Of a DNA stretch of 64,000 nt, positions 53,575-61,799 are shown piece by piece. The notes beneath the pieces were generated by a model. That model made no database searches. It was not told the origin of the DNA and worked only from the letters and a program-made list of their open reading frames with translations. The translations under genes were made by a program, and so were the position numbers. The DNA is from Candidatus Babeliales bacterium (GTDB taxonomy: Bacteria > Babelota > Babeliae > Babelales > JANWKD01), in contig CAVRJM010000001.1 in assembly GCA_963722075.1 (NCBI GenBank), positions 160,001 through 224,000 of the forward strand, written 5' to 3'. Position 1 is the first letter of the stretch. Every line of letters begins with the position of its first letter.

Positions 53575-54045
53575 ATGAAAATAAAGTTGTTTACACTGTT
53601 TTTAATGGTTAGCCTTGGAATGGGTACAGTATCTCTTCGGGCAATGGATAGCAAAAAGGTAATTGATTGGGATCGTAGGTATGATGCATTCGAGCAAGGA
53701 GCAGCTACAGCAGAAACTGGGAGGCCAGATCGGAGATGGCAAAGGGTAAGAAATCAGCAGGAAGATGATCTCATTGGTAATCGAACTTCAACAGGATCAC
53801 AGTATCCAAATACATCCTATTATAATCCTAGCAATCATTCATCTGGTAAATCTACTTTTTTCTTAATAAAAGATTACCTAAAATGGGGTTTGAGTGGTGG
53901 ATTATTGGCAACAGCAGTTGGTTTTGTTGGTTATGAAGTATATAAACATGGTTGGGATTATCAATCATACCGAAAACTAAAGATAGTTGGTGGTCTTTAC
54001 TGTGGCGCATTATCTCTTCTTGCTTATAAATTTTTTAATGACTAA
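53575..54045 (+). CDS. Hypothetical secreted protein with two C-terminal TM helices
   Basis: GAGGA before the start, signal ending LRA-MD. Confidence 0.7.
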   Translation: MKIKLFTLFLMVSLGMGTVSLRAMDSKKVIDWDRRYDAFEQGAATAETGRPDRRWQRVRNQQEDDLIGNRTSTGSQYPNTSYYNPSNHSSGKSTFFLIKDYLKWGLSGGLLATAVGFVGYEVYKHGWDYQSYRKLKIVGGLYCGALSLLAYKFFND

Positions 54046-54057
54046 ATTCGGACGTCT

Positions 54058-54654
54058 ATGAAGAACATATTTTTTCTTACGGTAGCTTTAACACTATTTT
54101 CTACCCATCAAATGAAGGCAATGAAGGCATATTCAACGGATGCCGGGCAACCAATGCCTACAGATGTAGCATTTGATCATCGTAATCATATTGCCTCAAC
54201 TGAAGATCATTATTATTTATTTCAGATGGATGCCCAGGATGCATAGGCAATTGGCTGTGTGGTAAATGATATGATGAGAGATCGAAATGAGCTTTGTCAT
54301 CAACGATCTTTTAGAGACTTACATCGAAATGATGCAAGCAGCGCAGAAGCGTCATCTTCTACAGCTACTGCTTCGTCATCTCAGAATCCAAATCAGCAGA
54401 TTAGAACGTACGTTCGTCCCAATCCCATCTGGAATCCAGATTCAAAAGATAAAGCTATGAATAATGCTGAACGCACTATTGTAAGATAGTTTGGTTATGG
54501 AATTTCCTCGGGGCTATTTATAGGTGGCATTTCGTGTATGTGTTTTGGCATGTATAATCAGAGCGGGTATAAAGTATATGGTGCTGGCTTAGGCTTATTA
54601 AGCGGAGCAGGATTTGGTTGCCTTATCACTTGGTTAAAAACAAGAGCGCGATAA
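54058..54654 (+). pseudogene. Secreted two-TM protein gene with two in-frame TAG codons (54244, 54487)
   Basis: One frame throughout; after the second TAG it reads FGYGISSGLFIGGISCMCFG...YGAGLGLLSGAGFGCLITWLKTRAR-TAA. Confidence 0.7.
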
Positions 54655-54745
54655 AAGAATTTGTAATACTTAATTTCATCTGATTTTTTTGTTACACTAG
54701 CATAAGTATCAAATTTGTATAATTCTTCTCATAAAGAAATCGCTC

Positions 54746-56251
54746 ATGAAAAAAGATGTAACACCGCAAGAGCTGATCGATTTAGCTGCGGATGAACATA
54801 TTTCCCAAGAACATACCGTTCGTTTGCAAAAAGTAATTGAATTGCAGAAATTAGGGGTTAACCCCTGGCCTGAAGCCGAACCAGTGACTGCCGAATGCCA
54901 CCAAGTAATTACTCAATATTCTGAGAATGCAACCCAAGAATATAAGATTGCCGGGCGTTTGCTTACCATTCGCGGGCATGGCAAAACGGTTTTTGCAACG
55001 ATTCAAGATAGCTCTGGGAAAGTGCAGATTTACCTCAAAAAAGAAGAGCTTGGCGAACAACAAATTGATCTATTTCAACGCTTTATTGATATTGGCGATA
55101 TTATTTGGGTAACTGGTACCTCATTTACCACCAAAACGGGAGAAATCACACTCAAGGTGACTTCGTTTAAGCTGCTGAGCAAATGTTTATACCCATTGCC
55201 TGAAAAATTTCATGGCTTAACTGATATTGAAACGAAATATCGGCAACGATACCTAGATTTAATTACCAATCAAATTTCTCGTTCTAAATTTATAAAACGA
55301 TCCTTATTGATAGCTTCTCTACGAGCATTTTTAAATAAACATGGTTTTATGGAAGTTGAAACACCGATGTTGCACCCGATAGCTGGCGGTGCGGCAGCGC
55401 GTCCTTTTATTACGCATCACAATGCATTAAGTAGTGATTTTTATTTGCGCATTGCTCCAGAACTATATTTAAAAAGATTGGTAGTGGGTGGCTTTGAGCG
55501 GGTGTATGAAATTAATAGAAACTTCAGAAATGAAGGAATTTCTACGCGCCATAATCCAGAATTTACCATGCTTGAATTTTATATGGCTAATCATGATTAT
55601 ATTTTCATCATGGATTTTGTAGAAAGCTTACTCAAAACGATTATTCGCACCGTTGATGAAGCCGGTAAGATTCCTTTTGGTGAGCATACTTTAGATTTTG
55701 GGGTGCCATTTGCTAAAATGAGCATCAAAGAAGCAGTGATGAAGTATGGAAAGTTTACTGAAGCTGATCTTACTGAAGATCATATTGATTCAATATTGCA
55801 TGATCAAGCAATCGTACTTGAAAATAAAGAAGCATCGCTGGGGCAAAAAATATTCGCACTTTTTGAAAAAATTGTAGAGCCGCAACTTATTCAACCTACC
55901 TTTATTACCCATTTTCCTATTGAAATTTCCCCCTTATCAAAACGTGATGCCAACAATCCTGAATACGCAGCTCGTTTTGAACTTTTTATTGGTGGCATGG
56001 AAATTGCTAATGGTTTTAATGAATTAAATGATCCCTTTGATCAAGCAGAACGCTTTAAGGAACAATTAAAAGCTCACGCGGCTGGTGATCCTGAAGCCCA
56101 TCAATATGATGCTGATTATATTTTGGCATTAGAATATGGCTTAGTACCAACCGTTGGGGTGGGGATTGGTATTGATCGATTAACTATGCTTGCTACTAAT
56201 ACTACTTCTATTAAAGATGTTATTCTATTTCCGACATTAAAGAAAAAGTGA
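54746..56251 (+). CDS. lysS: Lysine-tRNA ligase (class II)
   Basis: YRQRYLDL, LRIAPELYLK, FRNEGIS, HNPEFT, GIGIDRL. Confidence 0.98.
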   Translation: MKKDVTPQELIDLAADEHISQEHTVRLQKVIELQKLGVNPWPEAEPVTAECHQVITQYSENATQEYKIAGRLLTIRGHGKTVFATIQDSSGKVQIYLKKEELGEQQIDLFQRFIDIGDIIWVTGTSFTTKTGEITLKVTSFKLLSKCLYPLPEKFHGLTDIETKYRQRYLDLITNQISRSKFIKRSLLIASLRAFLNKHGFMEVETPMLHPIAGGAAARPFITHHNALSSDFYLRIAPELYLKRLVVGGFERVYEINRNFRNEGISTRHNPEFTMLEFYMANHDYIFIMDFVESLLKTIIRTVDEAGKIPFGEHTLDFGVPFAKMSIKEAVMKYGKFTEADLTEDHIDSILHDQAIVLENKEASLGQKIFALFEKIVEPQLIQPTFITHFPIEISPLSKRDANNPEYAARFELFIGGMEIANGFNELNDPFDQAERFKEQLKAHAAGDPEAHQYDADYILALEYGLVPTVGVGIGIDRLTMLATNTTSIKDVILFPTLKKK

Positions 56252-56259
56252 CAATCTTA

Positions 56260-57102
56260 TTATTCAGATTCTTCTTCTAGTTCTTCATTACACAGCAAAG
56301 AACTTATAGAACTTATGCCAACTTGTAATGCTTGATTTGAATCTTGAACTGGTGGGTGGTATTTGGTGATATGATTTTGTAACTCACTAGGACGTCGAAA
56401 GCTTTTCAAACAGATAGAGCATCGGTGCGGTTTGCCATCATGGGAATTCTTAATATGAGCGCTCAGTTCTTTTTTAGCGTTAAAAGCCTGATGGCATGTC
56501 CCATCTGGGCAAGTAAGTTGTAATGTTGATTTATGCTGATCAGATATATGACTTTTAAGGGTATTCTCCGTAGAGAATATTTTGAAGCATTGTGCGCAAG
56601 TGTAGTTTGATTTATTATGAATCTCTTGATGCATTTTTAACTTATAAGGACGTGGAAATCTTTTCAAGCAGATAGAGCATTGGTGTGCTTTGCCATCGTG
56701 AGCGCTCTTAATATGTTCGCTACGTTCTTTTTTAGTGGCAAAAGTCTTACGGCATTTTATATCTGGACAAGTAAACTCTACTCGATCTCGTTTTCTTTTA
56801 TGAGAATTGGTATTAGCATTACCATCATTATTAATAGCAGCGTTTTGATTATCCAAAGGATTGTTATCAATGCTTGTAGTAGAATCTTCATTTTCTTCTT
56901 CTTCAACTAATGGTTCTTTATCTATTAAACCATCATTTATTAAAGCATCATAATCTTCGGTTTCAAACGGAATTAAAAGGGTGTCGTCTTCTTCCATAAA
57001 TTCAGCCCAAGAAGAAATAGGTGAATTTTGATCATGCTCCATTGGCTGTGCTAGAAAAGGAAATAAGGCGATAATAAGTATAAAAAAGATAGGTAATCTC
57101 AT
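56260..57102 (-). CDS. Secreted protein with five C2H2 zinc fingers
   Basis: Signal peptide, acidic region, HKRKR, five Cx2-4Cx12Hx3-4H fingers with HDGKPH-type linkers. Confidence 0.9.
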   Translation of the reverse strand: MRLPIFFILIIALFPFLAQPMEHDQNSPISSWAEFMEEDDTLLIPFETEDYDALINDGLIDKEPLVEEEENEDSTTSIDNNPLDNQNAAINNDGNANTNSHKRKRDRVEFTCPDIKCRKTFATKKERSEHIKSAHDGKAHQCSICLKRFPRPYKLKMHQEIHNKSNYTCAQCFKIFSTENTLKSHISDQHKSTLQLTCPDGTCHQAFNAKKELSAHIKNSHDGKPHRCSICLKSFRRPSELQNHITKYHPPVQDSNQALQVGISSISSLLCNEELEEESE

Positions 57103-57239
57103 TTATTCTCCTTGTTAACTTTTTTACTAATTTTTTTAATAAATGGCTTAAATTGAATCTATTTTTATTCTATAAAATAGGTATATAGTTATTATTTTAT
57201 AGAAAATTATCAATTTGTCAATAAAATATATGGTTTTGA

Positions 57240-57431
57240 CAGGGCAAATGCCCTAAAAATATCGGATTCAAAAGGCTTTAATAGAATGCTGGATTGCTTC
57301 GATAAACTCGCAACGACGTTCTTTTGTTTTCGGCCGCGTCGTCGTCCCGAGCGTAGCGTGGGGATCCAGGCAAAAGTTGATAACCTTTAAATTTTTGGCT
57401 TAAATACTGTACTTTAAATGCGTTTGCCCTG
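57240..57431. mobile_element. MITE-like element with 12-bp terminal inverted repeats enclosing a REP pair
   Basis: cagggcaaatgc ... gcgtttgccctg (11/12 match); internal ctggattgcttcg..gcaacgacg and cgtcgtcccgag..ggatccag. Confidence 0.55.
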
Positions 57432-57580
57432 GTTTTTCTATTTTAAAGGGGGGATTATAGACCTTCTATTTTAGCTATAATTGAAAGAAAAATAAGATTA
57501 AAATACCTTGACTTATTCAAATAGAAAATATTATTATTATAATTAGATAAAATATTGGATAATTGAATTGGGGAAATGGT

Positions 57581-59542
57581 ATGAAGAAGCTCTTATTTTC
57601 TTGGCTTATGGCCAGTTGTTGTATGGTGATAATGCAGGTATATACAGGAGCACAGCCAACACGTTCAAAAACAGTTCCAAAAAGCAATACTATAGAAGAT
57701 ACGGGTGAGCCATTTACTCAAAGAATACAAGAGGTCAAAAAAAAGTTAGAAGCACAAAGCGCCGAACCCCAACCATTTTCAAAAGAAAGTTATGCAAAAT
57801 TAAAAGATGATTTAACAACAACGTTTAAGTCAATCGCTAAAAACGTACTTATGAGACAGTTGTATGAACGCACGTGGAATCGGTTAAAAGATCTTGCTAA
57901 CCGTATGCCTACCACTGGTGGCACCAATGTGAGGGTTGATACTGCCTTATCAGCTAATGAAAGATTATTTTTAAGTAAGCGAATGGAAACGGTACGAAAT
58001 GCATTGGAGCAATTTTTAGATACTGATTTATCAGATAGAAGAAAAATAACTGATAATGATTTAAAAATAGCATTTGTGGCAAGTGGCGGGGGCTATCGTG
58101 CTATGATTCTTACGATTGGTTACTTATCTGCGCTGCAGCAAATGGGCTTATATGATGCACTTACGTATGTTTCAACCTTATCAGGATCAAGCTGGGCGTT
58201 AGCACCGATGATTTCGCTTAATTATACACCGCAACATTATAAAGAAAAATTATTAAACTCGATTCAAAATTTAAATCTATTGGCAATTCAAAACGTTCTT
58301 TTTAAATCATTGACCAACATAAATAATCTGGTAGATACCATTATTGTGCCCAAATATTTATATAATCAGCCAATACGCTCCATTGATTTTTATGGATTTA
58401 TGTTAGCGCAAACATTATTAGGAAATGATGGGTATAAATATTATTTATCCGATCAATGGAAGATTCTTAATGATTCTAATAATGCAGGAAAAATACCTTT
58501 TCCTCTTTATTCAGCAATCTCAGTGAGTAAGAAAAAGGACAATACGTATGCTCTGGATTGGTATGAATTTGGTCCGAGCGAAGTGCGCGTGGGTTTCCCG
58601 ACGGAAGATAAAAAAGTTGCTTCATTCAATATACCTACGTATGAATTTGGTAGTGAATTTAATGCAGGAAAGCCTGTTAGAAGTGTCCCTGAAGTAATAA
58701 CGCCATACTATCTAGGGCCTGAACAAATGTTAGGGTACTATTTAGGAATTTTTGGATCTGTCTATTCAATCAATTTTAATAAGATTAATCAATTTGTTTC
58801 TGGTGGAATGGCACAATTATCAAGCGGCGGATTTTCACTCGATTCTGCAAAGAATTATATTGCGATTAGCGCCTTTAACGCGCTTCAAAATTTTAGTAAA
58901 AAAACTACGGAGAACATTTTACCAGCACAAGTATTTAACTTCTTAAAAGGATATGAAGAAGCTCCCGATTATTTACAAACAGCAGACTACCTCACCATGG
59001 GTGATGCGAGCATTGATTATAACATTCCAGCGCGCCCCGTATTATGGCCGTTACGTAATGTAAAAGTATTAATTATTGGCGATTCTTCTTCCAACATAGA
59101 ATCAGCAACCGAATTAAAGCGTTTTTTTGAAGATGCATATAAATTGTATGGCTATCAATATACACGTATTGATACGGGCGATAATAAAACCATTCGTTTT
59201 TATAAAGATTTAAAAAATAGCAAAGCACCACGAGTTGTTTATGTTAATTTTGTAAAAGATATAGATTTAATAGAGCAAGCTAAAATAAAAAATAAAGAAC
59301 TGCGAGATTTAATTGAAGTTACGCGCTTAGAACAATTTGATCCAGTCGCCTGCATTCAAACTAAACCCAATAATTTTTGTGACGCCTTTAATTTTAACTA
59401 TTCCAAAACAGATTATGAACAACTCATTGGTATTTCAGAATTCAACATGAAAGTTAATATAGAGAATATTAAACGCTTTTTAATTGATGAAATGGTAAAA
59501 AATCTGGAAGACGTTAATTTCCCCGTTTTTGGCCAACCGTAA
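57581..59542 (+). CDS. cPLA2/lysophospholipase (PLA2_B-type catalytic domain), secreted
   Basis: ASGGGYRAM oxyanion motif, YVSTLSGSSW nucleophile, PFPLY, WYEFGPSE, late DASIDYNIP...RNVKVLIIGD. Confidence 0.85.
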   Translation: MKKLLFSWLMASCCMVIMQVYTGAQPTRSKTVPKSNTIEDTGEPFTQRIQEVKKKLEAQSAEPQPFSKESYAKLKDDLTTTFKSIAKNVLMRQLYERTWNRLKDLANRMPTTGGTNVRVDTALSANERLFLSKRMETVRNALEQFLDTDLSDRRKITDNDLKIAFVASGGGYRAMILTIGYLSALQQMGLYDALTYVSTLSGSSWALAPMISLNYTPQHYKEKLLNSIQNLNLLAIQNVLFKSLTNINNLVDTIIVPKYLYNQPIRSIDFYGFMLAQTLLGNDGYKYYLSDQWKILNDSNNAGKIPFPLYSAISVSKKKDNTYALDWYEFGPSEVRVGFPTEDKKVASFNIPTYEFGSEFNAGKPVRSVPEVITPYYLGPEQMLGYYLGIFGSVYSINFNKINQFVSGGMAQLSSGGFSLDSAKNYIAISAFNALQNFSKKTTENILPAQVFNFLKGYEEAPDYLQTADYLTMGDASIDYNIPARPVLWPLRNVKVLIIGDSSSNIESATELKRFFEDAYKLYGYQYTRIDTGDNKTIRFYKDLKNSKAPRVVYVNFVKDIDLIEQAKIKNKELRDLIEVTRLEQFDPVACIQTKPNNFCDAFNFNYSKTDYEQLIGISEFNMKVNIENIKRFLIDEMVKNLEDVNFPVFGQP

Positions 59543-59543
59543 A

Positions 59544-60188
59544 TTATTGATTGGTTGAATTCTCAGATGATGATGATGTTTCTTCCCCTTCTTGCATAAT
59601 GTCTTTACCGATTTGTGCATCTTGTTCTATTTCTAAATGTTGTTTGCTCTTCTTATGCGCCGGAATATGCTTATTTAATTTAGATTGAGACTCGTAAGCT
59701 TTTGAACAATATTCGCATTTATAAGGCTTCCCATTATGTTGAATTTTCATATGATTAGAGTATTCATAATTTTTTTCGGCAAAAGTTGTACCACAGCCTG
59801 GAAAAGGACAAGTATATGGCTCTTGGATACTATGATCTCTTTGTAAGTGATAAATTAGCTCTTTCTGTTGATTGAAAATTTTACCACATTCTTCAATGGT
59901 ACATTTATATTCTGATATAGAACGTTTTCTTTTACGAGAACTACTAGTTGTAGTTGATGAAGTAGTAGATGAGTTAGTAAGATTTTCTGTAGTTTCCTGG
60001 GTAGTATTTGTAGTATCTATAGAATTCTGTTTTTTGGAATGAAATTTTTTCATATGTGTATTATATGTTTTTTCACTCACAAATTTTGCTTGACATGGTT
60101 TACAATAGCGGTAACTACTTGGATCTCGATGGTTTCTTGCCCGATGCTTTCTTAATGCGTCCGCGGTTGTGGATGCAGAATTAGCCAT
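59544..60188 (-). CDS. C2H2 zinc-finger protein (four fingers), N-terminally truncated
   Basis: Begins with a half finger (LRKHRARNH), SSRKRKRS, HNGKPY linker; no signal peptide. Confidence 0.8.
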   Translation of the reverse strand: MANSASTTADALRKHRARNHRDPSSYRYCKPCQAKFVSEKTYNTHMKKFHSKKQNSIDTTNTTQETTENLTNSSTTSSTTTSSSRKRKRSISEYKCTIEECGKIFNQQKELIYHLQRDHSIQEPYTCPFPGCGTTFAEKNYEYSNHMKIQHNGKPYKCEYCSKAYESQSKLNKHIPAHKKSKQHLEIEQDAQIGKDIMQEGEETSSSSENSTNQ

Positions 60189-60289
60189 TAATAACCTATT
60201 TCTTACAATTTTAACCGGAGAATTTAGGTTAACTAACGTAAATTATATTTTATTCAGTTCTTTCAATATCAGGCCAAATGGGTAACTTT

Positions 60290-61711
60290 TTAGTTGTTTT
60301 TACTATTGAGCGTCAATAATAATCCAATTAAATCAGTTTCCAAATCTTGATATTGGGTGTTATTGTTGGGGTTATGGTCAGGCTGAGGTCCTTCTTCTTC
60401 TTCTTCTTCGCGGTTTACAACTGATGAAATGGCGGGCGGCATATTTGATAGATTGTGCGCATATGAGTCCACAATTTGAGCAGCATTATTACTCGTTGTT
60501 GATGATACCGTAGCTACATCAGGAACTATTGCAAATGGTGTTTGTTCTTCTTGCTGTATCATCTGATCAGGCCTGTTAGTAGATGCTGCATTACGATCAT
60601 TATAGTTGCTGATATGCTTTTGGAGATCCTCGAATTTTTTAGGGCATTTTGGTACATGTTTATCAAAAATTCTTTTGCTCACATATACAATTGAGCATAT
60701 CGGACATGTATATTTAACTTTGTTGTGAGTCTTTATATGCCGGGTTAAGTCACAGTTGCGTTTAAAAGACTTTCCGCAATCTTCATACTGACATATAAGA
60801 GATTTATCTTGCAATTGAGTAACATTTTCTGTTTGGTTATTTTCTTCTTCTTCTTCTGGTTCTTCCGAATCATAAGATTGGTTACTATTGTTATCTTTCT
60901 TATGATATCTCGATTTATGTTTATATAACGCCGCACGAGTAGGACATTTTGTTGAGCAAATTTCACAAAAAAATCCAGGTTTAGTATGTGTTTCTATATG
61001 TGCATCTAATTGATTAGTACGTTTAAAGGACATATTGCAACCTTTATAGTGACATTTATATCGTTTTTCTTGAACTTGAGTAGCATTTTGTACCGATTGT
61101 GTTGATCGTTTTCTTTTTCGGGAACTGCCGGCTGTTGTATTTATATCATTGTTAGAAGATTCTGGTAATTTACTCTGTTCTTGGGTTGATAAATTTGTAA
61201 GAATGTTAGCATCTTGTTGGTGATGAAGTATGGTATGGATTTCTAAAATATGGGGAAACCGTGATGTTGTCCTGCACCCTTTTAGTGAACATTTAAGACG
61301 TTCTGGTGATGCCATATCTTTATGGTGATTCCTACAATGAGTAGAATAAGTAATAGAATTTTCAAATTTATCGCTGCAATATACACATATAATTGGTAAT
61401 TTTATATGGAATTGCAAATGGCGTCTTAGAAGATTTTCATCATCATCAGAGTATTTTTCCCCGCAACTAGGAATGGCACAGGTAGCGGTATTTTCAGAAC
61501 GATTTATATGATTTTCTTTCATATGCGCTAATAGATCACGATATTTCATTGGAGCTTCGGTGCAACCAGGGCATTGAAATGAATTAACAAATGATTGTGC
61601 TACTTCTGGTTGAGAAACAGCGGTTTGGGTAGGTGGATTAGGATCCTCCATTGCCCTAAAGGTAGTGGGTACTAAACTGATAATAAGTAAAAAAAAGCTC
61701 CATTTATTCAT
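60290..61711 (-). CDS. Secreted protein with eight C2H2/C2HC zinc fingers
   Basis: Signal ending FRA-ME, SSRKRKRS, CQYEDCGKSFKRNCDLTRHIKTH. Confidence 0.9.
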   Translation of the reverse strand: MNKWSFFLLIISLVPTTFRAMEDPNPPTQTAVSQPEVAQSFVNSFQCPGCTEAPMKYRDLLAHMKENHINRSENTATCAIPSCGEKYSDDDENLLRRHLQFHIKLPIICVYCSDKFENSITYSTHCRNHHKDMASPERLKCSLKGCRTTSRFPHILEIHTILHHQQDANILTNLSTQEQSKLPESSNNDINTTAGSSRKRKRSTQSVQNATQVQEKRYKCHYKGCNMSFKRTNQLDAHIETHTKPGFFCEICSTKCPTRAALYKHKSRYHKKDNNSNQSYDSEEPEEEEENNQTENVTQLQDKSLICQYEDCGKSFKRNCDLTRHIKTHNKVKYTCPICSIVYVSKRIFDKHVPKCPKKFEDLQKHISNYNDRNAASTNRPDQMIQQEEQTPFAIVPDVATVSSTTSNNAAQIVDSYAHNLSNMPPAISSVVNREEEEEEGPQPDHNPNNNTQYQDLETDLIGLLLTLNSKNN

Positions 61712-61799
61712 AAAGATATTCCTTTTTAAATAAAATCTATTATATACTATAATTTTATATTAAATTTCCAATTTGTCAATAAAAAAAGCATTAAGCTAT

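Noticed and set aside
54244..54489. Genome-wide TAG reassignment
   Set aside because: TAG terminates comF and the DksA-like gene at expected positions, and conserved genes contain no internal TAG
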